IMG/VR virus record: IMGVR_UViG_3300017754_000899
Location: 1 to 31,349 of that record
Length of the DNA stretch: 31,349 bases
Reading direction: 5' to 3' (one strand)
DNA from: a virus
Taxonomy: Duplodnaviria; Caudoviricetes
A model generated the notes under the pieces. The model did not search any database. It saw only the letters and a program-made list of their open reading frames with translations, and was not told the DNA's origin. Below are positions 8,589-16,626 of this stretch, piece after piece (position 1 is the stretch's first letter; the number at the start of each line of letters is the position of its first letter). The position numbers and the translations under genes are program-made.

Positions 8589-8954
8589 TCAAAATAGGTT
8601 TAGTTGCGGTAGTTTGCTTGGCGTTTGATCTCCAACTATTTTTGAACGCCATAGGGTTACTTTGTCCATGTGATTGTGCCGTTGCTCTGGACTGACTTTC
8701 ATGATGGGTTCTATCCATCCAATTATGTTTAGCGCCCTTACGCCGGATACCCATGTGTTGTGATGTAGGTTCTTTGGCAAAAATACCATTCTTCTGCGGC
8801 AATGTTCCCTGAATTCATCGCCCATCACGATGGGCCTGTTGATCAGTAATTCTTCGGCGCTGGCAAGATATTGCTCGACAAACTCTGGTTCTGCTTTGCA
8901 TGCCTTTCCCCAGCATCTATCAGCCAACGCAATAGCCTCTTCCATGCGATCCAT
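8589..8954 (-). CDS. Hypothetical phage protein (possible winged helix), flanked by a 24-bp duplication
   Basis: 121 aa, AAGGA SD, in operon orientation. Confidence 0.7.
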   Translation of the reverse strand: MDRMEEAIALADRCWGKACKAEPEFVEQYLASAEELLINRPIVMGDEFREHCRRRMVFLPKNLHHNTWVSGVRALNIIGWIEPIMKVSPEQRHNHMDKVTLWRSKIVGDQTPSKLPQLNLF

Positions 8955-8963
8955 TTGTTTTCC

Positions 8964-9209
8964 TTATTCGGCCTCTGATCTCAAAATGCGGTGTTCTGCG
9001 AACTTCCTATACGCCTTTAGGTTGATGTTCTCCTCCTTCAAGGTAGCAACCTGTGTCTTCAGGTGCTGGATCGTGCTGTTGGCTCTCTCTATCCATTCTG
9101 AGACCTCTTTTGGCATGGTGTAGAGAGTCTCCATCAATTGTTTTGGTTTCGCGGCTGGCTTGGCGGGTTTTGGTTTGGCTTTCTTCACGGCCTTAGATTT
9201 CGTTGTCAT
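8964..9209 (-). CDS. Hypothetical protein (basic N-terminus plus coiled coil)
   Basis: Start reassigned to MTTKSK (GGAG SD); ends RILRSEAE. Confidence 0.7.
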   Translation of the reverse strand: MTTKSKAVKKAKPKPAKPAAKPKQLMETLYTMPKEVSEWIERANSTIQHLKTQVATLKEENINLKAYRKFAEHRILRSEAE

Positions 9210-9393
9210 TGATGTTCTCCAGAACGTGTTTGGCGTATTTGTATTCCTGCGTGTCTTGCAGGATCGGGGCCAGCCGGTCAATCACTGCGACCAGATTCTG
9301 TGTTGCCTGCAGCAGGTGCGTTCTGTCACAACGCAGTCCCTCAATCTCTTTTAAATCGACCGACATTTTGATCATTGTTTTGAAGTCGTCCAT
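9193..9393 (-). CDS. Hypothetical protein
   Basis: 66 aa; tiles the operon. Confidence 0.6.
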   Translation of the reverse strand: MDDFKTMIKMSVDLKEIEGLRCDRTHLLQATQNLVAVIDRLAPILQDTQEYKYAKHVLENINDNEI

Positions 9394-9406
9394 GCCATTT
9401 CCCTTG

Positions 9407-9670
9407 TCATTTTTGGTATACGGAAAGCATGCCGGGGTTCACCCACTCGGCATACAGTTTGTAATCGTCCAGCACTTTGGTCAGCTTTGGGTTGACGTTG
9501 TCTCCACCCCAGAAGTCGAAGCTGCCGCATCCTGCGTAGTAATTCACCCACATCTGGCTGTTCTCCTCCTCACCGCTGATGCTGAAGTTGCCCTTGTCGT
9601 CACCATGCTCGAAGACCGGCACGCCTAGCTTCTTCAGCGCGTTGAATGCCTTGATGTATGCACGCTTCAT
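9407..9670 (-). CDS. Hypothetical early protein
   Basis: 87 aa; strong SD AAGGAGAG; preceded by the conserved leader hairpin. Confidence 0.8.
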   Translation of the reverse strand: MKRAYIKAFNALKKLGVPVFEHGDDKGNFSISGEEENSQMWVNYYAGCGSFDFWGGDNVNPKLTKVLDDYKLYAEWVNPGMLSVYQK

Positions 9671-9691
9671 TTTACTCTCCTTATAAACCTG

Positions 9692-9922
9692 CTAGATCGC
9701 AGTGATATCGATAAAGCTATTAAGTTTTTTGTCAAAAACATTTGAGCTTCGGCGCTTCGCTACATTGATAGCTTGCTTTGCTGATCGAAACGCCCAGTTT
9801 TGTGACTTTCCAAAACTATTTAGGTTATCAATCTCTCCGTTAAATCGAATAATAAAGAATCTGGCCCCAACAAATTGTTGGATCACGCGTTTTGCCAATT
9901 CTTCAATATTTTGATTATTCAT
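9692..9922 (-). CDS. Hypothetical AT-rich protein
   Basis: Likely start MNNQNIEE at 9922, overlapping the upstream stop. Confidence 0.55.
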   Translation of the reverse strand: MNNQNIEELAKRVIQQFVGARFFIIRFNGEIDNLNSFGKSQNWAFRSAKQAINVAKRRSSNVFDKKLNSFIDITAI

Positions 9923-10106
9923 CTTCGTTTTCTTCCTCTTCCTCGTTTTCCTCGTCTTCCAATTCATCCGGCTCATCCGGCAACGATTCGTTTGCTATTC
10001 GCCGCTCCTCCCATCGGCGTTGATCTCTAGCTTCGTCCTCTGGAGTTTGGGCGGGGTTGCGGAAGTCCTCGGGGTTTTCCATCTCAAGCTCTGCCATTGT
10101 TTTCAT
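9915..10106 (-). CDS. Small highly acidic protein
   Basis: AAGGA SD before MKTMAEL; C-terminus DEPDELEDEENEEEEENEDE. Confidence 0.7.
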   Translation of the reverse strand: MKTMAELEMENPEDFRNPAQTPEDEARDQRRWEERRIANESLPDEPDELEDEENEEEEENEDE

Positions 10107-10125
10107 TTTCATTCCTTTTGTTTTT

Positions 10126-10144
10126 AAAAGGGGGTTTCCCCCCT
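10126..10144 (-). terminator. GAAA-tetraloop hairpin, possible weak intrinsic terminator
   Basis: Minus strand AGGGGG-GAAA-CCCCCT-TTT just after the stop at 10151. Confidence 0.5.
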
Positions 10145-10150
10145 CCCAGA

Positions 10151-10765
10151 CTAGGCCGACTCCATCTTTCTCCAAGCCGCAATCCCGATCCAGCCCTTGA
10201 ATGTGTTCTCACCACGCGTCATGCGGTAGTGAACCCGCGCACCTTCAACGTAGCGGCAAGTGTAGGTCTTGCCATCCTTCGTTTTTTTATCTCCAGTGGT
10301 AACGGGAGCCGAAGCCTCTTTGCGTTCAACTTCGATCAGGGCGGTGCCATGCTTTTGGTCTGCCGTTTCAGCAAGATACTTGGCAAAGTCTTCGCCTGCC
10401 TTGGCGCGTGAGCGCAGCTTCCAGTTCAGACATTGAACGGCGTGCGCCTGCTCATGAGCGGTCGCATCGGCAAAGTCAATTTCATATGCTTTCATGAACT
10501 GACCACGCACCACTTTGGTCGGCTTCATTTTGCCAGCCAGCACTTGATCTGCCTGAAAAAGCAGCGCAGAGACTTCTTCGGCGATATCGGCAACGATCCT
10601 GTCGGTGGTGGTGCGGCTCACCTGCATCGGCTCGTGACGGTCACCGCTACACACGCCTTGGAACCAACCGTTGACTACCGTGTAGCCATGCTTCGACATA
10701 GCACCGTTCACCACCGCCTGTTGGCGACCGCAGCACTGGCAATTCCCGCGAATCTGTTTGTCCAT
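10151..10765 (-). CDS. Hypothetical early protein with N-terminal Cys/His Zn-binding motif
   Basis: CQCCGR...HGY...GVCSG; first gene after promoter P1; GGAGAG SD. Confidence 0.8.
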   Translation of the reverse strand: MDKQIRGNCQCCGRQQAVVNGAMSKHGYTVVNGWFQGVCSGDRHEPMQVSRTTTDRIVADIAEEVSALLFQADQVLAGKMKPTKVVRGQFMKAYEIDFADATAHEQAHAVQCLNWKLRSRAKAGEDFAKYLAETADQKHGTALIEVERKEASAPVTTGDKKTKDGKTYTCRYVEGARVHYRMTRGENTFKGWIGIAAWRKMESA

Positions 10766-10805
10766 TTTGCTCTCCGAAATAAACCGGTCACTTGACCGTA
10801 GTGAG

Positions 10806-10836
10806 ACTATAACACAGGGTTAGATTTAAGTGTCAA
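10806..10836 (-). promoter_or_regulatory. Sigma70-type promoter P1 with overlapping operator
   Basis: TTGACA-N19-TATAGT with TG extension; TCTAACcctgtGTTATA overlaps the -10 box. Confidence 0.75.
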
Positions 10837-10844
10837 CTATTTTT

Positions 10845-10864
10845 TAGGGGGGCGAACCCCCCTA
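10845..10864 (-). other. UUCG-tetraloop hairpin
   Basis: TAGGGGGG-TTCG-CCCCCCTA on the minus strand after the stop at 10871; followed by an A-run, not a U-run. Confidence 0.7.
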
Positions 10865-10870
10865 CCTTGG

Positions 10871-11737
10871 CTACCAGCCGTATTTCTCGGCACAGATCGG
10901 GCCGATACCGCGCTCGATGCTTGTGTGGTCGGTCAGTTCGCGCCCACAGACGGCGCAGGAGCCGAATTTCTGACCGTAGGCTACCGCCGCCTTATGCGGA
11001 TCGCTAGAAGCCGCCAGAATGCGTTCTGACGCGTCCTGAGTGCATTCGCGTGTGGCAAACAGCTTGCCGCCCATGATCTTGCCCAGATACTGCTCGCCAG
11101 ACTTGATGTAGACCGCGCCAGCATTCTTGCCGGTCGCCGGAGCGGGGGTAAACACAAAATCGTCCAAACGCAGGCGCGGGTAACGAATGCCGGAGTCTTT
11201 GGCCTTGGCGAAAGCCACTTCGATTGCCTCCACGCTCACGGTCGGGGCGGCGGCGGTCGCTTGCGCTTTCTCAGCAGCCCACTTCACTTTGCGCTCGCCA
11301 TCGGCAACAGCACACTTACGGACTGCAGCCAATTGTTTTTCGGTCAGCGAGCCGAACTTGGTCAGTGCGGCGCTCAAGCTGGCGGCAAACTCAAAGCCAC
11401 GACCGGCTGCTTCGTCCAGCCATGCAGCTTCGGCTTTGTTCTCATCGCGCCATGCTTGAATCTGAGCGGCTTTGTCTTCAACGGCCTTGACCTTGCGGGT
11501 CTCGGTGCTGGCCTTGGCACGCGCACGCTGCTCAGGAGAGGTCTTGAAGGTCAGCTTGCCGGTGCCGCTGCAGGCAAAGCAGCTTGCCAAACGAACAAAC
11601 GTCCAGCCGATGGTGACTTTGCCCTTGCCGTCACACTTCTTGCACTTCTCTTCAAACCAGACGGTCTCTTTGACTACGGCTACCGGCGCGTTGAAGATTG
11701 CGTCCAGATCGTCCTTCATGTCGTCGAATGCACCCAT
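10871..11737 (-). CDS. DUF6011-like Zn-finger protein
   Basis: N-terminal CKKCDGKG / CFACSGTG repeats; C-terminal CAVCGRELTDHTSIERGIGPICA. Confidence 0.8.
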   Translation of the reverse strand: MGAFDDMKDDLDAIFNAPVAVVKETVWFEEKCKKCDGKGKVTIGWTFVRLASCFACSGTGKLTFKTSPEQRARAKASTETRKVKAVEDKAAQIQAWRDENKAEAAWLDEAAGRGFEFAASLSAALTKFGSLTEKQLAAVRKCAVADGERKVKWAAEKAQATAAAPTVSVEAIEVAFAKAKDSGIRYPRLRLDDFVFTPAPATGKNAGAVYIKSGEQYLGKIMGGKLFATRECTQDASERILAASSDPHKAAVAYGQKFGSCAVCGRELTDHTSIERGIGPICAEKYGW

Positions 11738-11778
11738 TTTCGTCTCCCTGATAAACCTGCTCGTTTGCAGTGGGTAGA

Positions 11779-11809
11779 ACTATAACATAGGGTTAGATTC
11801 TTGTGTCAA
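11779..11809 (-). promoter_or_regulatory. Sigma70-type promoter P2 with overlapping operator
   Basis: TTGACA-N19-TATAGT with TG extension; TCTAACcctatGTTATA; nearly identical to P1. Confidence 0.75.
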
Positions 11810-11823
11810 CATATTTTTACTGC

Positions 11824-11979
11824 CTATTTTTTGAGCAGTTTTTCGTAGTCTTTGTCCAATGCTACCAATGCTTTCTCAAGCACCCTGATCCTCGCCGCTT
11901 GCTCGTCGTAGTTTAGTATCGGTTTATGGCTGACAAATACCACCTTGTCGGGGTCTGTCGGGTGCCGTTTAATTGGCAT
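11824..11979 (-). CDS. Small hypothetical protein (51 aa)
   Basis: Below the track cutoff. MPIKRHPTDPDKVVFVSH...YEKLLKK with AAGGAGAG SD. Confidence 0.65.
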   Translation of the reverse strand: MPIKRHPTDPDKVVFVSHKPILNYDEQAARIRVLEKALVALDKDYEKLLKK

Positions 11980-12175
11980 TGTTTCTCTCCTTTAGCATTG
12001 AGTTCGCTATCGTTTTCGCATCTTCGCACCGACGTTTAAACTCATCCTTTGTTTCATCTGGGTAGCGGATCATAAATAGCTTTGTCGGTTTCAGCGCAAT
12101 TGACTTCTGTCCCTCTTCCATTATCTTTTTTATTTCAATCACGGCTTGTTCAAGTGACGCTTGAGTCAGGTTCAT
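11969..12175 (-). CDS. Hypothetical protein
   Basis: 68 aa, AGGAG SD. Confidence 0.7.
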   Translation of the reverse strand: MNLTQASLEQAVIEIKKIMEEGQKSIALKPTKLFMIRYPDETKDEFKRRCEDAKTIANSMLKERNNAN

Positions 12176-12359
12176 CTTTCACTCCTATCCCATGTGCGCG
12201 TTCGATTGCCCTCGCAAAAACAGTAAGCCGTGTAACGCCTATCCGTGAACTTCGCTGCGCCCACTCCCACGCTTCATATATCTCCTCCTCTGTCAGCGGC
12301 TTCCTGACTTTCTCCCGCGCTTCCTTTGCTAGTGCTTCCTGCCGGTTTATCTTGGTCAT
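12150..12359 (-). CDS. Hypothetical small protein (mosaic family)
   Basis: MTKINRQEALA...PLTEEEI...FARAIERAHGIG; ATGA overlap. Confidence 0.75.
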   Translation of the reverse strand: MTKINRQEALAKEAREKVRKPLTEEEIYEAWEWAQRSSRIGVTRLTVFARAIERAHGIGVKDEPDSSVT

Positions 12360-12643
12360 GTGTTCTTCTCCCGCAGCTTGGCTTCAATGGCTTGTGAAAA
12401 ATCAACGTGATAGGTTTCACTCCACACGCAACTATTTGCAACTTTTGCGATCTCCTCATCCGTCAGTGACACCCACTCCCTGCGCGGCGGGGCGGTGTAG
12501 AGAGGATAATTTCTAAATGGCGTTCTGTATCTTGAAACGCCAACAGTAGTATCTGGGGTATGGCTACTAAATTTTAGCGATCCTAAATCTACAAACGCCA
12601 CCGGCTCCTGCGCTAGTGCTTCCTGCCGGTTTATCTTAGTCAT
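12356..12643 (-). CDS. Hypothetical small protein (mosaic family)
   Basis: MTKINRQEALA-EPVA...PLYTAPPRREWVSLTDEE...AIEAKLREKNT. Confidence 0.75.
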   Translation of the reverse strand: MTKINRQEALAQEPVAFVDLGSLKFSSHTPDTTVGVSRYRTPFRNYPLYTAPPRREWVSLTDEEIAKVANSCVWSETYHVDFSQAIEAKLREKNT

Positions 12644-12924
12644 TTGTTCTTTTCCTTTAGTTTACGTTCTGTTGCGTATATAGCATCGTCCGTTGTTTTT
12701 GCGCCGTCTCTGATTTCCTTAACCTCTATGCCCAACAAACCCCGCCAATCATTCTTTTCTACTTTTGAATTTAATCTTTCAACTTCGTCTGACATATCCT
12801 GCCTGTTGATTTGCATTACCTTCATCGTCTCAATCATTTGAGAGATATACCGATTGAGAGTTCTAATTTCGTTCGTTAAAAATTCTTCCCTCGTGCCAAA
12901 CTGACCAAATTTTTTGGTACTCAT
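12640..12924 (-). CDS. Hypothetical small protein (mosaic family)
   Basis: Coiled coil; ends ERKLKEKNK; ATGA overlap. Confidence 0.7.
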   Translation of the reverse strand: MSTKKFGQFGTREEFLTNEIRTLNRYISQMIETMKVMQINRQDMSDEVERLNSKVEKNDWRGLLGIEVKEIRDGAKTTDDAIYATERKLKEKNK

Positions 12925-13226
12925 GTGTTCTTCTCCTTCAGCTTGGCTTCAATATCCCGTTCATAACCAAAATTTACAGACTTACATTCACCATATTGGG
13001 TGTGATGCGCCTTATAAATTTCGTCAATCTCATCTCCCGTCAGCCCAACCCACTCTTTAGCAAGAGGCACCACCATATACCCCACAGGTTCTGGGCTTGC
13101 GGTGAACCCTTTCTGGATAACGAGTGCATGAACCTCGGAATCTCCAACGATGTCGTTAGCCAATGTTATGGCTTCTTCCCGACTCGCCTTGATGAAAGTC
13201 ACGGCTTCTTGTATCTTCTTGGTCAC
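12921..13226 (-). CDS. Hypothetical small protein (mosaic family)
   Basis: EPVG...EWVGLTGDEI...IEAKLKEKNT; GTGA overlap. Confidence 0.7.
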   Translation of the reverse strand: MTKKIQEAVTFIKASREEAITLANDIVGDSEVHALVIQKGFTASPEPVGYMVVPLAKEWVGLTGDEIDEIYKAHHTQYGECKSVNFGYERDIEAKLKEKNT

Positions 13227-13582
13227 GTGTTCTTCTCCTTGAGTTTTGCTTCAATGGCTCGGGCAAAACGGGCTGATCTCATCATCACATCAACACTCGC
13301 TGAAATGTAGGTATCAGCCATGTCCTCATCCGTCAGCCCAACCCATTCCCTGCGCGGCGGGGCGGTGTAAAGCGGAATACAAGGATACGTGCCGAATTCT
13401 TCCTTGTAAAAACCGACATCTCTGTCACTCATCCACGCAACCGGCTCCGCAACTGTTAAGGATTCCTTAATAGCTGGTTCCGCAAGCGCGGCTTCGCACG
13501 ACATATCACAGTTGTAACTTCCGCACTTGTAACATGATCTATCCCACAAGATATTTATGCTTTCTCTCAGTTTGTCAGTCAT
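13223..13582 (-). CDS. Hypothetical small protein (mosaic family)
   Basis: CxxC motif, EPVAW, PLYTAPPRREWVGLTDE, FARAIEAKLKEKNT. Confidence 0.75.
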   Translation of the reverse strand: MTDKLRESINILWDRSCYKCGSYNCDMSCEAALAEPAIKESLTVAEPVAWMSDRDVGFYKEEFGTYPCIPLYTAPPRREWVGLTDEDMADTYISASVDVMMRSARFARAIEAKLKEKNT

Positions 13583-13881
13583 TTCATTTCCTTCCCAATC
13601 TCTGCTGCTGCGCGAACAATAGCGCGACGGGTAGAGGCGTAGGGGTTGATGCTGTGTTTATCCCAGAATTTAATCTGCACTTTTGCCACATCAATATCTA
13701 GATTTATCGCCAACCGCAGCGCATCGCCGTCGTAGATTAGGGGGTTCCACGGCGGTGCTGAATAAATGTTTTGCGCCGGATGACCGTTAGTACAATCGCG
13801 CAGCAATCCGTCTGGTGACCAAAGAGCCTCAATCCCCGCCGCCTTTGCAGCAAGTTCAAGCAGTTCACGGTCAGTCATCAT
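13579..13881 (-). CDS. Conserved hypothetical phage protein
   Basis: TDRELLELAAKAAG...WNPL..DGDALRLA...TRRAIVRAAAEIG is a pattern common in proteobacterial phages. Confidence 0.75.
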   Translation of the reverse strand: MMTDRELLELAAKAAGIEALWSPDGLLRDCTNGHPAQNIYSAPPWNPLIYDGDALRLAINLDIDVAKVQIKFWDKHSINPYASTRRAIVRAAAEIGKEMK

Positions 13882-14174
13882 TCACCCTCCCATTTTTCAA
13901 TCAACTCAAACTCCGGCACCGGCTTCCGTTTGGCAACTGTTAAGGATTCCTTTTCAACCTTTCTGATTGCGTCTGCTGCGCCAGTTAAAATATGGTGCGC
14001 ATACATCGAATTAAAACTACCACGTTCCTCACACACCCTCGCGCACCGTTCACGCTCGGCGGCTACAGCCTCGGCAAGTTCGCGCTCAAGCTGTGCATGT
14101 GATTTTGCCCACCGATCAGGCCAACCCTCGCTCATATCGCTCATCAACGCATCTGTTCTTGGCGTATCGCTCAT
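13878..14174 (-). CDS. Hypothetical small protein
   Basis: MSDTPRTDA...QLERELAEA..AERERCA...ADAIR. Confidence 0.7.
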   Translation of the reverse strand: MSDTPRTDALMSDMSEGWPDRWAKSHAQLERELAEAVAAERERCARVCEERGSFNSMYAHHILTGAADAIRKVEKESLTVAKRKPVPEFELIEKWEGE

Positions 14175-14530
14175 TTCACCTCCTTCATTGCCGCGTCTAT
14201 TTCGTCGTTAAACTTTTCGTCGGGCAAACCCCAAATAGAACGAACATACCGATACCTCTCCGCATCCTTCCGCAGTTCTTTTATTATTTCAACGTAGTCA
14301 CCCTTCATGCCATCAAGAGCTTGCTCAACTGCATACGCAAATTTTCTCCTGTCGTTCAGTTCCTCTTTTGCCTCAGCCAAATGCTCACACGTCCGATCAA
14401 AAACCTGTTCCCACGATTCAGCCTCGCCCTTCAGCAGCGCAATCTCGGCCTGTGCCTCGTCAAGTTCGCGCTCAAGTTGACTGACTTGCTTGAGTGTCTT
14501 GGCGTATTCCATTTCGATGTGGCTCATCAT
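14171..14530 (-). CDS. Hypothetical coiled-coil protein (Ead/Ea22-like tail)
   Basis: LRKDAERYRY...IDAAM; ATGA overlaps. Confidence 0.7.
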   Translation of the reverse strand: MMSHIEMEYAKTLKQVSQLERELDEAQAEIALLKGEAESWEQVFDRTCEHLAEAKEELNDRRKFAYAVEQALDGMKGDYVEIIKELRKDAERYRYVRSIWGLPDEKFNDEIDAAMKEVK

Positions 14531-14808
14531 TTCAACACCTCCGCTGCTTTGAGTTCGCCTGTCTCGCCGTCAAACGTGAGCTTGAGATTTGGTATGCGAT
14601 CACAATACATTGCCGAACATACTGAGTAGTCCACGGCGTGAAACTGCACCACCACATCCGGCTTTGGCTCGGGCTTGATGCGGAATTTTGTATCTTCAAG
14701 CCATTTTGGATTTTTATCATCTGCCCAACGGCACATAATCGCGTCGTAACGTTGTAGCTCAGCACCGTCTGCCCACTTGTGAATAAAGTCTGCGTGTTTG
14801 TGTCTCAT
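14527..14808 (-). CDS. Conserved hypothetical phage protein
   Basis: Start reassigned to MRHKHADFIHKWADG (ATGA overlap); FRIKP and NLKLTFDGETGELKAAEVL. Confidence 0.75.
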   Translation of the reverse strand: MRHKHADFIHKWADGAELQRYDAIMCRWADDKNPKWLEDTKFRIKPEPKPDVVVQFHAVDYSVCSAMYCDRIPNLKLTFDGETGELKAAEVLK

Positions 14809-14927
14809 TTGAAATACACCCAGATGTAAGCGAACATCACCGCCAACACGACGCCAACGGCTATGCCGTCCCTGAACCCCTCCCAACGTGCCATCGTGTA
14901 ACGATCCTTGTTCAAGAAATTACTCAT
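14805..14927 (-). CDS. Small membrane protein (40 aa)
   Basis: Not in track. MSNFLNKDRYTMARWEGFRDGIAVGVVLAVMFAYIWVYFK with ATGA overlaps at both ends. Confidence 0.6.
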   Translation of the reverse strand: MSNFLNKDRYTMARWEGFRDGIAVGVVLAVMFAYIWVYFK

Positions 14928-15034
14928 AGCGCCCCCACGACTTTGCTAACCCACTTGACGTATAAGACCATCAGAATCAGCGCATTGACCGCGAGGAACA
15001 ACACTACAGCGCCACTTGCAAGAAACTTGATCAT
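14924..15034 (-). CDS. Small membrane protein (36 aa)
   Basis: Not in track. MIKFLASGAVVLFLAVNALILMVLYVKWVSKVVGAL fills the gap exactly. Confidence 0.55.
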   Translation of the reverse strand: MIKFLASGAVVLFLAVNALILMVLYVKWVSKVVGAL

Positions 15035-15039
15035 CTCTT

Positions 15040-15603
15040 TCACTCTGTCTCCTCCTCTTTTTTGTGCGTCTCGTAATGCTTACCGATCGCTTCTTGATTG
15101 TTCCTGAACCACCGATAGTTGAATCGGAAGCTCCGTTGGTTTATTTCTGGGATCATTTCTGTGAAAGCAGTCTTGCCTGAGAACTTTGATCCATTCATGC
15201 ATTCCAGCAGATTCTCCCGAAAATGCTCAGGCTCAATATCCAGTATTTCAAAAATATGATCGCTCCGCTGAGGTTCAAACAAGAACAGTAGAGCGCCACA
15301 GACAGTAGCTCTTGGTGCTGAGTAATTTTCTTTGACCGGAACTCCCATAACTTTTTTTAAACAGTTGCGTTTGCTTTTAGTTATCGTCAACGGCTTTTTG
15401 CATGAATCCCTGATGGCTTGACTGATCACCGCTGACCACAAGCGTTTGATTGCCAATCCCTGAGAATCGTTTGTGAATTGCTTAGATACACGATGATCAT
15501 GGTTGTATTCTTTGACGCGCTTTCCATTTGGATTTTCATGCTCGGCAGGCTGGTCTTGTTTTTTTGTAGTCTGCGGTTTTGCAATTAGCCCATCCCAACT
15601 CAT
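15040..15603 (-). CDS. Hypothetical protein
   Basis: 187 aa; RLWSAVISQAIRD motif. Confidence 0.7.
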   Translation of the reverse strand: MSWDGLIAKPQTTKKQDQPAEHENPNGKRVKEYNHDHRVSKQFTNDSQGLAIKRLWSAVISQAIRDSCKKPLTITKSKRNCLKKVMGVPVKENYSAPRATVCGALLFLFEPQRSDHIFEILDIEPEHFRENLLECMNGSKFSGKTAFTEMIPEINQRSFRFNYRWFRNNQEAIGKHYETHKKEEETE

Positions 15604-15782
15604 TTTGGTTCCTCAATTTTCTTATCTGCCATTTGCAGTCGGTAGCGAGCAATCGTCTGTGATACGTCAGTATTTTTTGAGTCTGTCGGCAAAAATCGAT
15701 TCCCTTTGTCGGCTATATATATTCCACGATTCTGTAAGTAAGCAACCGCTTTCACAAACTCTTGTTGGTTGTATTCGCTCAT
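15600..15782 (-). CDS. Hypothetical protein
   Basis: 60 aa, GAGGAG SD. Confidence 0.7.
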   Translation of the reverse strand: MSEYNQQEFVKAVAYLQNRGIYIADKGNRFLPTDSKNTDVSQTIARYRLQMADKKIEEPK

Positions 15783-15791
15783 GTCAACTCC

Positions 15792-16076
15792 TCAGTGTAC
15801 GGAACCATTGTTTTGGGTTGATGCCACTTCTCTGGTGTGGTTCAGCTTGTCTTTTGTCATGCTCAGTAACTCACCAAAAAATTCGTCAGTATTGCCACCG
15901 CGACACTCGACCATCCAGATCGCAGCAGCAAAGCATGTGGTAGCAATTTCTATTGCAATGACCAACACAATGTTACTGCCATACACCCTACCGATTTTCT
16001 CCATGAACCGAGCCAGAATAGACTGGACTTGGCCCATGATCTTGGCGACTTTCTTGGAGTCCTCTTGGATAGACAT
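15792..16076 (-). CDS. Hypothetical protein
   Basis: 94 aa, TAATG overlap, GAGGA SD. Confidence 0.7.
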   Translation of the reverse strand: MSIQEDSKKVAKIMGQVQSILARFMEKIGRVYGSNIVLVIAIEIATTCFAAAIWMVECRGGNTDEFFGELLSMTKDKLNHTREVASTQNNGSVH

Positions 16077-16387
16077 TAAACATCCTCATTCATGAATTCT
16101 TCCCGCGCTTGATCCACAAAACACAGAAAGTCTCGTTTCTGCTCACTCTCTATGATCTTGCGAACTTCCTCCAAGTGCCGCAGAGCTTCATACATCCAGC
16201 CGCTGTTGTTCCAGCTACGCTTGCTAGACAACGCTTTCAGAGCAGCCATCAGCGGCTGGGCAATGTCTTCGCTCTCCTCGCTTTTTATGTAATCCTCAAA
16301 AATGCCAGTCTTGTCATCGTAAAGGGCTTCGATAGCGATTTCCTTGGCACGGTCTTCTACATCCTTAGCCGTAAATTCGGTAGACAT
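16076..16387 (-). CDS. Hypothetical acidic protein
   Basis: 103 aa, TAATG overlap, GGAGG SD. Confidence 0.7.
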   Translation of the reverse strand: MSTEFTAKDVEDRAKEIAIEALYDDKTGIFEDYIKSEESEDIAQPLMAALKALSSKRSWNNSGWMYEALRHLEEVRKIIESEQKRDFLCFVDQAREEFMNEDV

Positions 16388-16626
16388 TATTTCCCCTCCA
16401 TCTCAAGCAAATTGTTAATCGCATCCTGTTTTGTAGCGCCGCGTCCGATCGGGTCACCCTCGTCGTAACCCTTGCGAGTTGCCTGCCAGTCCATGTCTCG
16501 GACTGGGATCGGTGGGCATACGTATTCGGTGACGATCGCATCCTGATCCAACGCTTCCGCAACAGCGGCACGCACCTGCATGCCTTGTGTCATGTAGCGA
16601 CCATCCTCATACCAGCCTGCGCTCAT
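16387..16626 (-). CDS. Conserved hypothetical phage protein
   Basis: PPIPVRDMDWQA...YDEGDPIGRGATKQDAI. Confidence 0.75.
   Translation of the reverse strand: MSAGWYEDGRYMTQGMQVRAAVAEALDQDAIVTEYVCPPIPVRDMDWQATRKGYDEGDPIGRGATKQDAINNLLEMEGK

Noticed and set aside
8572-8802. 76-aa alternative-frame ORF ending ILRSEAE
   Set aside because: Overlaps the better-supported 8589-8954 gene; its tail is the duplicated remnant described in the findings.
9317-9335. Near-perfect 19-bp palindrome TGCGTTCTGTCACAACGCA
   Set aside because: Single copy inside a CDS with no second occurrence noticed; may be chance.
12453-13369. Imperfect repeat pair as a DGR template/variable region
   Set aside because: No reverse transcriptase in the window, the repeats are short, and the mismatches are not adenine-specific.
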